Part shown: in pieces, positions 9,525 to 19,430 of the stretch | How the letters are laid out: every line of letters starts with the position of its first letter | How positions within the stretch are numbered: position 1 is the first letter of the stretch | NCBI GenBank assembly: GCA_964503965.1 | Contig: CAZDCK010000007.1 | Span: 34,842-98,841, forward strand | Direction: 5' to 3' | DNA length: 64,000 nucleotides | DNA from: an uncultured Enterobacteriaceae bacterium | GTDB taxonomy: Bacteria > Pseudomonadota > Gammaproteobacteria > Pseudomonadales > Pseudohongiellaceae | Notes under the pieces: model-generated | Told to the model about the DNA's origin: nothing | Databases searched by the model: none | The model's input: only the letters and a program-made list of their open reading frames with translations | Made by a program: the position numbers and the translations under genes

Positions 9525-12038
9525 ATGTTTCTTGATTACTACCTCAAACTCGTCCTATCGAGACCGCTAACTGTCATTATCAGCATAGCCGTACTCGTGG
9601 TTTACCTGGGTTCGCATATCACCTCCTTCAGGATGGACGCCTCAGCGGATTCCCTGGTAGTTGAAGGCGACCCGGATCTCGAGTTTTCCAGGCAGGTTAA
9701 TGAGCGCTATGGAACCGGGGACTTTGTCTTCGTCACTTACAGGCCAGATGAGAAATTGTTTAGTGATCCATCCCTGCAAGCGCTGAAGTCCTTGAAAAAT
9801 GACCTCGAAAATGTGGTGGGCGTTGAATCAGTAGACAGTATTTTTGACGTTCCCCTGTTCAAGGTAGCAGATGTTTCCCTGAGTGAGGTGGCAGACAACA
9901 TCCTTACCCTTGAGTCCTCCGGAGTCTCCCTGAATGCCGCCAGGGAAGATCTGATGAGCAGCGAAGCCTACCGTGATGTGCTCTTGAGCCAGGATGGCAA
10001 CACGACCTCGCTAATCGTAAATTTCACGCCAGATAATGAACAGGCCGTTCTGCTGGCCGAGCGCAGCAGGCTCAGGGAACTGGAAATGGCCGGAAATCTT
10101 TCAGGCGAGCAAAGGACTGAACTGGATACGGTGGAACAGCAATATAACCAGTCAGTTGCCGCTGATGCTGTCCAGCTTCATGAGGATATCACCGCCATTC
10201 GCGAGATTCTGGATGAATACAGGGCAGATGCGACTATTTACCTGGGTGGTGTACCCATGATCGCAGATGATCTGGTGACCTTTGTTAGGAATGATCTCAT
10301 CACTTTTGGATTCGCTATTCTGCTGTTTATCATTGCTGCACTGGCGTATCTATTCAGAAAGCTGCGCTATGTCCTGATACCACTGGTCTGTGGCGCTACT
10401 ATTGCGCTTAGTGTCATTGGCATACTGGGACTGGTTGAATGGCCTGTCACTGTTATTTCATCAAATTTCATCTCACTTTTATTGATTATCACCGTTTCCC
10501 TGACCGTTCATCTGATCGTGCGCTACCGTGAGCTTGAGGCAGAAAATCCTGAAGAAAGTCATCACGATAGACTCAGGGCAACCCTGAAAAGCATGATCAA
10601 GCCTTGTGCCTATACCAGCCTGACGACAATTGTTGCTTTCGGTTCTCTTGTTATTAGTGATATTCCGCCGATTATCGACTTTGGCTGGATGATGGTCATG
10701 GGCGTCTGTTGTGCGTTTGTGCTGACATTCCTGCTTTTCCCATCAGTGCTGAGTCTGCTGGGCAGTAATCCGTCAGTCAGTGAAAAAAAGTCAATCGATA
10801 TAACTCCGGCGCTGGGACGCTTTACCCAGGCACGGGGTGGGCTTGTCATTGCTATTGCCAGCATACTTTTTGTGTTCAGTGTTATGGGGTTGACCAGGCT
10901 CAAGGTAGAAAACAGTTTTATCGATTATTTCGATGAAAATACCGAAATTTACCAGGGCATGGTCGCTATCGACAGCAACATGGGGGGCACAACTCCTCTG
11001 GATGTTGTCATTGATATGAGTGTTCCCAATCCATTCGATACGGCTGCTGGCAGCGATGAATGGACTGAAGAGGAGTCCTTTTTCGAAGACGAATTTTATG
11101 AAGATGAGTTTTATGATGAATTTGATGAGTCTGGTGATGAACAGCAGGATGATGACGCGGCCTACTGGTTCACCAGTGACAAGATGCAGCGGATCATCGA
11201 CATACATGAATATCTTGAATCGCTCCCAGAGACAGGGAAGGTCCTCTCGCTGGGTACCCTCCTTAAAATAGCCTATGGGCTCAATGAGGGTGAGCCACTG
11301 AACAGTATTGAACTGGCAGTGCTTTACAACCGCATTCCGCAGGACTACAAGGAAAGCCTGCTCAAGCCGTATGTGTCTGTTGCGGATGATCAGGTCAGAT
11401 TTTCCATTCGTGTACTGGAAACATCGCCGGATCTTGTCAGGAACGAACTCATAGCCAATATCCGTTCAGGACTGGTCGAGAATTTTGGATTTCAGGAAGA
11501 ACAGGTGCATCTGACAGGGATGCTGGTGCTTTACAACAACATGCTTCAGAGCCTTTATGAGTCTCAGATCCTGACTCTTGGTATGGTGCTGCTGGTTATC
11601 ATGCTGATGTTCCTGGTACTGTTTCGCTCTTTGAAGCTGGCGTTGATCGGAATTGTGCCAAATATTCTGGCTGCACTGTGTGTCCTTGGCCTGATGGGCT
11701 GGATGGGAATACCGCTGGATATGATGACAATTACGATTGCCGCTATATCGGTTGGTATCGGTGTTGATAACACTATTCATTACATTCATCGATTCAAATC
11801 CCGTTTCCCGGAATTCAAGGACTACCGCGAAACCATGACCTATTGCCATGGCAGTATCGGCAAAGCCATGTATTACACCGGCTTTACTATCGTTGCAGGC
11901 TTTTCGATCCTGGTCTTGTCTAATTTCATTCCCACTATCTATTTTGGGTTGCTGACCAGTCTGGCCATGTGCCTGGCACTTGGTGGTGCTTTGACGCTAC
12001 TGCCCCAATTACTGGTTATGTTCAGGCCCCTGGACTGA
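9525..12038 (+). CDS. RND-superfamily (MMPL/HpnN-like) exporter
   Basis: 837 aa with two repeats of one large periplasmic loop plus a 5-6 TM bundle. TM bundles are LITFGFAILLFIIAALAYLF...GWMMVMGVCCAFVLTFLLFPSVL and LTLGMVLLVIMLMFLVLF...ISVGIGVDNTIHYIHRF. The GxGVDxxIH motif is typical of MMPL/sterol-sensing-type RND proteins. Confidence 0.8.
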   Translation: MFLDYYLKLVLSRPLTVIISIAVLVVYLGSHITSFRMDASADSLVVEGDPDLEFSRQVNERYGTGDFVFVTYRPDEKLFSDPSLQALKSLKNDLENVVGVESVDSIFDVPLFKVADVSLSEVADNILTLESSGVSLNAAREDLMSSEAYRDVLLSQDGNTTSLIVNFTPDNEQAVLLAERSRLRELEMAGNLSGEQRTELDTVEQQYNQSVAADAVQLHEDITAIREILDEYRADATIYLGGVPMIADDLVTFVRNDLITFGFAILLFIIAALAYLFRKLRYVLIPLVCGATIALSVIGILGLVEWPVTVISSNFISLLLIITVSLTVHLIVRYRELEAENPEESHHDRLRATLKSMIKPCAYTSLTTIVAFGSLVISDIPPIIDFGWMMVMGVCCAFVLTFLLFPSVLSLLGSNPSVSEKKSIDITPALGRFTQARGGLVIAIASILFVFSVMGLTRLKVENSFIDYFDENTEIYQGMVAIDSNMGGTTPLDVVIDMSVPNPFDTAAGSDEWTEEESFFEDEFYEDEFYDEFDESGDEQQDDDAAYWFTSDKMQRIIDIHEYLESLPETGKVLSLGTLLKIAYGLNEGEPLNSIELAVLYNRIPQDYKESLLKPYVSVADDQVRFSIRVLETSPDLVRNELIANIRSGLVENFGFQEEQVHLTGMLVLYNNMLQSLYESQILTLGMVLLVIMLMFLVLFRSLKLALIGIVPNILAALCVLGLMGWMGIPLDMMTITIAAISVGIGVDNTIHYIHRFKSRFPEFKDYRETMTYCHGSIGKAMYYTGFTIVAGFSILVLSNFIPTIYFGLLTSLAMCLALGGALTLLPQLLVMFRPLD

Positions 12039-12257
12039 ATATTCCGACGTTCATGGCATACGTTACCAGTGCTATCTGCATATAAAATGCGTTAGCCCGG
12101 TAGCGGTTAACGGGCGATTGTTCAGCAGTGAAGGATTTTGGGTAAAGAATTAAGCCTAAGGTGTTTTGAGAAGCACGTGGGATGACAGGTATTGGGGGGG
12201 GTACAGTCAGATTCCAATTGTTCTTTCTATATTGGATTGGTCTTTCTAATTGGTCTC

Positions 12258-12343
12258 CGTTAGCCCGGGGTGTTTGTACTGTCTTCTTTTTTTATTGTTT
12301 TATGGTGCCTGTAGTCTACACCTGAGATCACCCCGGGCTAACG
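12258..12343. repeat. 86-bp element bounded by a perfect 15-bp inverted repeat (CGTTAGCCCGGGGTG ... CACCCCGGGCTAACG), 56-nt spacer
   Basis: Read directly: 12258-12272 is the exact reverse complement of 12329-12343. The first 11 nt (CGTTAGCCCGG) occur a third time at 12090-12100. Confidence 0.85.
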
Positions 12344-13198
12344 AGTAATTGCAAAGATACTGATCGCTTGCTGGAGAGCTATAACGCAAAAAATGTGCCA
12401 GCCATTACTCCCTGTTAGTGATATTGTGACAGTGTGTCAGTGCAAGAAACTTTATATTTTTCAATAAATTAAATAATTTTATTCGGTAATAAGGCTTGAA
12501 TAATTCTTGTTTTTTCAATGGCTTGTATGCGATTCCTCATGTGCTAAAAATGGTTAAAAAATGTGCGACTGCCAGGAAACTTTACACACTTACGTGCATG
12601 GGCCAGGTAAAATTTCATGGCCAGACAAGCAGTTAGGCATGATGGGAAATTATTTTTATTTTTCGATTGGATTTTAAGCTCCATCCAACTCAACGGATGA
12701 CACATTCTCATTGCCGGTTTGATGAATACCCCATTAATTAACCTGGTACTTGAACTGTAGAAGCGACCTGGTGCAGAGGCTATAATATTTGGATTATGGA
12801 TCGGGTTTTGCCAGGGAACAGGGTATGGATGATGAGTGCTATTGAATACCCTTTTCCGATATGGCACAATCCCGGCCTGCTTCAGGATGGATATAAATAA
12901 CTAATTGATTTTTAAGTGGTATTTTCTTGTCACCCAGAGTGTAAAGCCTGCAGGCTGACGACAACAAACCATTCCTGCCACGTAACTGGTGTCGGGTCAG
13001 ATCAAGTGCATTAATGTTTGGTTTATTCAATGCATTGGCAAAAGCTATGTCAGGTTTCCGGTATGTGGCCCGTAAAGTGTTCCGCAACACCAGGCAGAAC
13101 AGGCCGTCACCGTCCTAATAGCATTGCGGGAACCCCCCGTTAAAAGAGCAAATACAGCGTAGCAATTTACAATTTTAATTCACGAGCAGGATCAATAA

Positions 13199-14557
13199 AT
13201 GCAAGTTTCAATGGAAACCCTGATAGGGCTGGAAAGACGAATGACTATTGAAGTACCGGCTGAGAAAGTCGAAAGCCAGGTACAAAGTCGACTTCAGGAA
13301 GCGGCTAAAACCTTCAACATGAAAGGTTTCAGAAAGGGGAAGGTTCCAGTCAAGGTGATCAAAAACCGTTTTGGTGAGGGAGTTCGTCAGGAAGTGGTTG
13401 GCGAGGTTATCAGTCAGTCGTGGGTTGAAGCTGTTACTCAGGAAAACGTTCGTCCTGCCGGTCAACCCAGAATTGAACCGAAGACTCTGGAAGAAGGCCA
13501 GAACCTTGAATTCACGGCTACTTTTGAAGTCTATCCGGAAATAGAGCTTAAGGACTTTTCCGACATCAGTATCGAGCGAAAAACAGCTGAAATCAGTGAT
13601 GAAGACATCGACAAGATGATCGAAACATTGCGTGAGCAGCGTAAAACCTGGGAAAAAGTAGAACGTCCCAGCAAGGATGGCGATCAGGTCAATGTAGATT
13701 TCTCGGGCACACTGGATGGTGAAAAATTTGATGGCGGCCAGGCTGAAGGCACTGACCTCATCCTGGGTTCCGGAAGAATGATTCCCGATTTTGAAGAAGG
13801 TCTGGAAGGCTTGAGTGCCGGTGAAGAAAAGACACTTTCCCTGAAATTCCCTGAGCAATACCATAGCGAAGAGCTTGCCGGAAAGGATGTTGAATTTGCA
13901 GTAAAGGTCAATTCAGTAAGTGAAGGGGTATTGCCCCAGCTTAACGATGAATTTTTTGCTTCCTTTGATATCGCCGAGTCCACTGAAGAGGCATTCAGGG
14001 AGGAAGTGAAGTCAAACATGGCTCGTGAACTCAAGAATGCGGTCAAGAACAATATTAAAAACCAGGTGATAGAGGGACTGCTGGAAATTCATGATGTGGA
14101 TGTTCCCCAGGCCCTGATTGCCAATGAAACCAACGCGCTGCGTCAACAGGCCATGCAGCAGTTTGGTGGTGGCAACAACATCGATCCGTCCATGTTGCCT
14201 GATGACCTGTTTTCAGAACAGGCCAAACGTCGGGTAAGCCTTAGTCTCATCATGAACGAGATTGTTAGCAAAAATGATCTGAAACCAGAAGCGGATGCTG
14301 TCCGGGCCTTGATTGAGGAAATGGCTGAGAGTTACGAAAAGCCCGAAGATGTTATCAAGTGGTATTACAGTGACAAGGAGCAGTTGGCGAATATCGAAGC
14401 CATGGCCCTTGAAGAAGCGGTAATTGACATGATCCTGGAAGGCTCACAGGTTACAGATTCCACCGTGAGTTATGAGGAAGCATTGAAGCCGGCTGAACCA
14501 AAAAGGCCTGCAGATTCAGATGATGGCGATTCTGTAGACGACGAGTCAGACGACTAG
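13199..14557 (+). CDS. tig: trigger factor
   Basis: 452 aa starting MQVSMETLIGLERRMTIEVPA (E. coli starts MQVSVETTQGLGRR...). It has the FRKGKVP ribosome-binding signature and a central FKBP-type PPIase domain. It sits upstream of clpP-clpX-lon as in enterics and pseudomonads. Confidence 0.95.
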   Translation: MQVSMETLIGLERRMTIEVPAEKVESQVQSRLQEAAKTFNMKGFRKGKVPVKVIKNRFGEGVRQEVVGEVISQSWVEAVTQENVRPAGQPRIEPKTLEEGQNLEFTATFEVYPEIELKDFSDISIERKTAEISDEDIDKMIETLREQRKTWEKVERPSKDGDQVNVDFSGTLDGEKFDGGQAEGTDLILGSGRMIPDFEEGLEGLSAGEEKTLSLKFPEQYHSEELAGKDVEFAVKVNSVSEGVLPQLNDEFFASFDIAESTEEAFREEVKSNMARELKNAVKNNIKNQVIEGLLEIHDVDVPQALIANETNALRQQAMQQFGGGNNIDPSMLPDDLFSEQAKRRVSLSLIMNEIVSKNDLKPEADAVRALIEEMAESYEKPEDVIKWYYSDKEQLANIEAMALEEAVIDMILEGSQVTDSTVSYEEALKPAEPKRPADSDDGDSVDDESDD

Positions 14558-14625
14558 CAGCTAATTAGACAAGATTGATATTTGAAGCCGGTTATTTCAT
14601 CTGACCTTGTCAGAGAAACGTAACA

Positions 14626-15300
14626 GTGGGCATGACAGGACAAATTATGAAAAACAGTGACGAGTTGAATGGCAGGATGCAGGAAATGGCCAGCCTGGTT
14701 CCCATCGTGGTCGAGCAGACCGCACGTGGCGAGCGTTCCTATGATATTTATTCGCGCCTCCTCAAGGACCGCATCATTTTCCTGGTAGGTCCTGTGGAAG
14801 ATCACATGGCAAACCTGGTGGTTGCGCAGCTACTTTTTCTTGAATCTGAAAATCCTGACAAGGATATTCATCTCTACATCAATTCTCCCGGTGGTTCCGT
14901 GACAGCCGGTCTTTCGATTTATGACACCATGCAGTTCATCAAACCAGATGTCAGCACGATGTGTATTGGCCAGGCTGCAAGCATGGGAGCCCTGCTGCTA
15001 GCAGGAGGTGAGAAAGACAAGCGTTTTGCATTGCCTCATTCCCGAATGATGATCCACCAACCCAGTGGCGGTGCCCAGGGACAGGCCTCAGACATCCATA
15101 TCCAGGCCCAGGAAATCCTGACAGTACGTGAACGCCTGAACAAGATTCTTTCCTTTCATACAGGCCAGGATCTTGATGTTATTGCCCGTGATACTGATCG
15201 CGATAATTTCATGAGTGCTCCTGAGGGCGTGACCTATGGCCTTGTTGACCAGGTCATGGAAAAGCGGGTCATGCCATCAGCGCCCGAAGGAACTGAATAG
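14626..15300 (+). CDS. clpP: ATP-dependent Clp protease proteolytic subunit ClpP
   Basis: Contains [30 protein letters not shown], the catalytic Ser in [11 protein letters not shown] and the His in MIHQPSGG. The start is uncertain: GTG 14626, ATG 14632 or ATG 14647. Confidence 0.93.
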   Translation: MGMTGQIMKNSDELNGRMQEMASLVPIVVEQTARGERSYDIYSRLLKDRIIFLVGPVEDHMANLVVAQLLFLESENPDKDIHLYINSPGGSVTAGLSIYDTMQFIKPDVSTMCIGQAASMGALLLAGGEKDKRFALPHSRMMIHQPSGGAQGQASDIHIQAQEILTVRERLNKILSFHTGQDLDVIARDTDRDNFMSAPEGVTYGLVDQVMEKRVMPSAPEGTE

Positions 15301-15480
15301 AGGTATAACCTAGTAATAAAATGCCTTAATTATGGAGGTCAAGTTGCGGAAATTACTTGAAAATAGTTTTGATAGCCTTCATATTTAATATACAGCCCGC
15401 CCTTGTCGTCGGCTGTCTTTCTAAATCCCGGTCAAATCATTTCATCGGGCCGTAACAAGCATTTAATCAGGAACCAACAG

Positions 15481-16770
15481 ATGTCCGACGATAAAAAAGA
15501 CGACGATAGCGGAAAGCTCCTTTATTGCTCTTTTTGCGGTAAAAGCCAGCATGAAGTCAGGAAACTGATTGCAGGCCCCTCTGTTTTTGTCTGTGATGAA
15601 TGTGTTGACCTGTGTAATGACATCATTCGGGAAGAAATCCAGGAAAAGACGGTAGAGAAGGAAGACAGAAAGCTTCCTACGCCCGAGGAAATCAGAAACA
15701 CACTGGATGAATATGTTATAGGTCAGGACAAGGCCAAGAAAGTGCTTTCAGTGGCTGTATACAATCATTACAAGCGCCTGAGCTTTGAAGAAAAAAATGA
15801 TGAAGTCGAGTTAAGCAAAAGTAATATTCTGATTATTGGTCCCACCGGAACGGGAAAGACACTGCTGGCCGAAACCCTGGCACGCTTGCTGGATGTTCCA
15901 TTTACCATTGCCGATGCCACCACGCTTACCGAAGCAGGTTATGTGGGTGAAGATGTTGAAAATATAATCCAGAAACTCCTGCAGAAATGTGACTATGATG
16001 TGGACAAAGCCCAGATTGGTATTGTCTATATTGATGAAATCGACAAAATTTCCCGTAAATCCGACAACCCCTCTATTACTCGTGATGTGTCCGGGGAAGG
16101 TGTCCAGCAGGCATTGCTGAAACTGATTGAAGGAACAGTGGCTTCTGTCCCACCCCAGGGGGGGCGCAAACATCCACAGCAGGAATTTCTGCAGGTTGAT
16201 ACTTCTAATATTCTTTTCATCTGTGGCGGTGCATTCGCCGGGCTAGACAAGATTATTCGGGACCGTTCAGACAAGAGTGGAATAGGTTTTTCTGCAGAAG
16301 TACGCAGTCAGGATATTGAGAAGAAGGTAGGTGAGACCCTCCAGGATGTCGAGCCCGAAGATCTGGTGAAGTATGGCCTGATTCCTGAATTTGTTGGTCG
16401 ACTTCCGATGATCGCCACTCTCAATGAACTTGATGAAGATGCTCTGGTCAAGATTTTAAAGGAACCCAAAAACTCATTAACCAGGCAGTACGCCAAGCTT
16501 TTTGAAATGGAAGGGGTGGAAATACAGTTTCGTGATGATGCTCTCAGGGCAATTGCACGGAAGGCCCAGGTTAGGAAAACCGGTGCCAGGGGCTTACGCT
16601 CCATCATGGAGTCTGTTTTGCTAGACACCATGTACAACATTCCTTCCCAGGAAGGTGTTACGAAAGTGGTGATAGACGAGGCTGTAATCAACGGTGAATC
16701 TGAGCCTCTTCTGATGTACGAAACTGGGGATTCTCCCCAAAACAAGGCAGCCGGTAAAGATCCAGCTTGA
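15481..16770 (+). CDS. clpX: ATP-dependent Clp protease ATP-binding subunit ClpX
   Basis: From [26 protein letters not shown]...CDECV (C4 zinc finger). It has Walker A GPTGTGKT, Walker B VYIDEIDK and the pore loop GYVGEDV. The track ORF start at 15403 is an upstream in-frame extension. Confidence 0.95.
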   Translation: MSDDKKDDDSGKLLYCSFCGKSQHEVRKLIAGPSVFVCDECVDLCNDIIREEIQEKTVEKEDRKLPTPEEIRNTLDEYVIGQDKAKKVLSVAVYNHYKRLSFEEKNDEVELSKSNILIIGPTGTGKTLLAETLARLLDVPFTIADATTLTEAGYVGEDVENIIQKLLQKCDYDVDKAQIGIVYIDEIDKISRKSDNPSITRDVSGEGVQQALLKLIEGTVASVPPQGGRKHPQQEFLQVDTSNILFICGGAFAGLDKIIRDRSDKSGIGFSAEVRSQDIEKKVGETLQDVEPEDLVKYGLIPEFVGRLPMIATLNELDEDALVKILKEPKNSLTRQYAKLFEMEGVEIQFRDDALRAIARKAQVRKTGARGLRSIMESVLLDTMYNIPSQEGVTKVVIDEAVINGESEPLLMYETGDSPQNKAAGKDPA

Positions 16771-16794
16771 AATATCTGAATTAGGCCTTACTTA
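16766..16794 (+). promoter_or_regulatory. possible sigma-32 (heat-shock) promoter for lon
   Basis: CTTGAAA (16766-16772) is followed by a 13-nt spacer and CCTTACTTA (16786-16794). The consensus is CTTGAAA-N13-15-CCCCATnT, so the -35 is perfect and the -10 is only partial. lon is a classical sigma-32 regulon member. Confidence 0.25.
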
Positions 16795-16949
16795 TCTATA
16801 GAGCGGTCAATTTTTCCGGCCGCAGCAAGTTCAGCGGTTAATTCCATCAATCCCTGTCCGGTGTAGCATATTCACTGGTATTCCGCTGGAAATTATAATT
16901 CAATGTGATTATATCCACCCATACCATCCACTAAAGGTTTTAAATACCC

Positions 16950-19385
16950 ATGGATAACCAGGACATGCCATCCACCGACAATTCATTGCCATTTCTGCCG
17001 CTCAGAGGGGTTGTTGTATATCCGCAGATTGTGCATCCGCTTTTTGTAGCACGGGAGAAATCGATTCGTGCGCTTAAAGCTGCCATGGCGGGCGACAAGA
17101 AAGTAGTGCTCGCAGCCCAGAAAGAGCACTCTGAAGATGAACCCGGCAAGAAAGATGTCTTTACTATTGGTACTGTGGCTTCGGTGTTGCAGCTCATGCA
17201 CGTCAATGACGGCACGGTCAAAGTGCTTGTGGAAGGTGTGGAGAGGGTGCAGATCAAAAATCTCCATACTAATGATGACTATTACAAGGCTGATACTGTC
17301 AGGTTATCCGGCAGTACGGTGGAAGAAAAAGATTCCGAGATTCTGGTCAGGTCACTTCTGTCCCAGTTCGATCAATACGTCCAGCTCAGCAAGAAAATCT
17401 CTCCCGAGGTGCTGACCTCCATCACCAGTATCGATGATCCCAGTCGCCTGGTGGATACCATTGCTACGCATATGTCTTTGCAGCTCCAGGAAAAACAGAA
17501 CATCCTGGAACTGGCAAACCTCAAGGCGCGTATTGAACACCTGATGTCATTGATTGAAGCAGAAATTGATATTTTCCAGGTTGAAAAGCGTATCCGTGGG
17601 CGGGTAAAAAAACAGATGGAGAAAAGCCAGCGCGAGTATTACCTCAATGAACAAATGAAGGCCATCCAGAAAGAAATGGGTGAGCTGGATGATGTTCCAA
17701 ATGAGACAGAGGAGCTCAAGCAGAAAATTGATGATGCCGGTATGACCAAGGATGCCAAGGAAAAGGCCATGGCAGAATTGAATAAGCTGAAAATGATGTC
17801 ACCAATGTCCTCAGAGGCCTCTGTTGTCAGGACTTATCTGGACTGGATGATCAGTGTGCCCTGGAAGAAAAAATCTAAGATTCGTACCGACCTGTCGAAG
17901 GCTGAAGAGATTCTTGATGATGATCATTACGGTCTCAAGGAGGTCAAGGAAAGGATCGTAGAATATCTTGCAGTGCAGGGACGGGTAAAAAAGCTAAAGG
18001 GGCCGATTCTTTGTCTTGTCGGGCCTCCTGGTGTAGGTAAAACCTCTCTGGGTGAGTCTGTTGCCAGAGCAACTGGCAGGAAGTTTGTTCGAATGGCGCT
18101 GGGTGGTGTCAGGGATGAAGCTGAAATCCGTGGTCACCGTCGCACCTACATTGGCTCACTTCCAGGCAAGGTTCTGCAGAAAATGTCCAAGGTAGGCGTT
18201 AGGAATCCTCTTGTTCTCCTTGATGAGGTAGACAAAATGGGGATGGATCACCGTGGCGACCCTGCAGCAGCTCTGCTCGAAGTTCTCGATCCGGAGCAGA
18301 ATCACAGTTTTAACGATCATTACCTCGAAGTGGATTATGATCTCAGTGATGTCATGTTTATCTGCACTTCAAACTCCATGAATATACCGGAAGCTCTTCT
18401 GGACAGAATGGAAGTGATAAGGCTTCCTGGTTATACGGAAGATGAAAAGCTCAATATTGCCAGCCGCTATCTTGTTCCTAAACAAATGGTCAACAATGGT
18501 CTCAAAAAAGATGAAGTAGAGATCAGTGAAGAAGCAATTGTGCAATTGATCAGACACTACACACGCGAAGCAGGTGTGCGAGGACTTGAACGTGAGATTG
18601 CAAAAATATGCCGAAAAATTGTAAAGGAACATGCACTTGAGAAAAATGAAGTTCGTGTTGTTGTAAAAGCTGACGATGTCGAAAAATATGCTGGTGTCCA
18701 GAAATATGACTTTGGCAGGGTAGAAGAAGTTGATGCCATTGGTCAGGTGAATGGACTGGCCTGGACCCAGGTGGGTGGTGAGCTGCTCACCATTGAAGCT
18801 GTAGCTACTCCCGGCAAAGGGAAGACAACTATGACAGGTTCTCTTGGCGACGTCATGCAGGAGTCAATTCAGGCCGCCCTGACAGTTGTCAGAAGTCGTT
18901 CTGGGACACTTGGCTTAAAGGAAAACTTCAATGAAAACAGTGATCTACACGTGCATGTGCCTGAAGGGGCTACACCAAAAGATGGTCCCAGTGCAGGTAT
19001 AGGCATGTGTACAGCATTGGTGTCAGTACTCACCGGTATACCGGTACGTAAAGATGTTGCCATGACCGGTGAAATAACATTACGTGGCCAGGTACTACCC
19101 ATTGGTGGTCTGAAGGAAAAGCTCCTGGCCGCCCATCGGGGAGATATCAAGACAGTAATCATTCCCAAAGAAAATGAAAGAGACCTGAAGGAAATTCCGG
19201 ATAACATAAAAGCTGATTTGGATATCAGGCCGGTTAAATGGATTGATGATGTTCTTGAAATTGCCTTGACCTGTATGCCTGAACCGACAGAAGAGTCGAA
19301 ATCTCAATCACTTGAAAAAGAATCTTCAAAAAGTAATGAGACTGACGTCAAGGAAAAACGGAAAAAAACTATAAATACGCACTAG
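16950..19385 (+). CDS. lon: ATP-dependent protease Lon (LonA)
   Basis: 811 aa with an N-terminal LON domain (LPFLPLRGVVVYPQIVHPLFV). It has Walker A GPPGVGKTS, Walker B LLDEVDK and the protease Ser in PKDGPSAGI. Confidence 0.95.
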   Translation: MDNQDMPSTDNSLPFLPLRGVVVYPQIVHPLFVAREKSIRALKAAMAGDKKVVLAAQKEHSEDEPGKKDVFTIGTVASVLQLMHVNDGTVKVLVEGVERVQIKNLHTNDDYYKADTVRLSGSTVEEKDSEILVRSLLSQFDQYVQLSKKISPEVLTSITSIDDPSRLVDTIATHMSLQLQEKQNILELANLKARIEHLMSLIEAEIDIFQVEKRIRGRVKKQMEKSQREYYLNEQMKAIQKEMGELDDVPNETEELKQKIDDAGMTKDAKEKAMAELNKLKMMSPMSSEASVVRTYLDWMISVPWKKKSKIRTDLSKAEEILDDDHYGLKEVKERIVEYLAVQGRVKKLKGPILCLVGPPGVGKTSLGESVARATGRKFVRMALGGVRDEAEIRGHRRTYIGSLPGKVLQKMSKVGVRNPLVLLDEVDKMGMDHRGDPAAALLEVLDPEQNHSFNDHYLEVDYDLSDVMFICTSNSMNIPEALLDRMEVIRLPGYTEDEKLNIASRYLVPKQMVNNGLKKDEVEISEEAIVQLIRHYTREAGVRGLEREIAKICRKIVKEHALEKNEVRVVVKADDVEKYAGVQKYDFGRVEEVDAIGQVNGLAWTQVGGELLTIEAVATPGKGKTTMTGSLGDVMQESIQAALTVVRSRSGTLGLKENFNENSDLHVHVPEGATPKDGPSAGIGMCTALVSVLTGIPVRKDVAMTGEITLRGQVLPIGGLKEKLLAAHRGDIKTVIIPKENERDLKEIPDNIKADLDIRPVKWIDDVLEIALTCMPEPTEESKSQSLEKESSKSNETDVKEKRKKTINTH

Positions 19386-19400
19386 AAAAGCTGCTATTTC

Positions 19401-19430
19401 TTGACATTCTCGCGAGACAGTTGGTATAAA
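19401..19430 (+). promoter_or_regulatory. sigma-70-type promoter upstream of hupB
   Basis: TTGACA (19401-19406), an 18-nt spacer, then TATAAA (19425-19430). This would give a leader of about 190 nt to the hupB start. Confidence 0.45.

Noticed and set aside
12571-12580. GTGCGAC, which resembles a group II intron 5' boundary
   Set aside because: There is no domain V-like sequence, no intron-encoded protein and no plausible 3' boundary nearby. I take the 7-mer match as chance.
12544-13090. Two overlapping minus-strand ORFs (107 aa and 83 aa) in the tig-upstream spacer
   Set aside because: I recognise no motifs. Both lie in AT-rich sequence where long ORFs arise easily, they overlap each other, and there is no obvious RBS or start context. 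I kept them only as possible pseudogene remnants in the spacer finding, not as CDS features.
14558-14625. Looked for a sigma-32 promoter upstream of clpP (TTGAAG at about 14582)
   Set aside because: No acceptable CCCCAT-like -10 element lies at the right spacing, so I did not report it.
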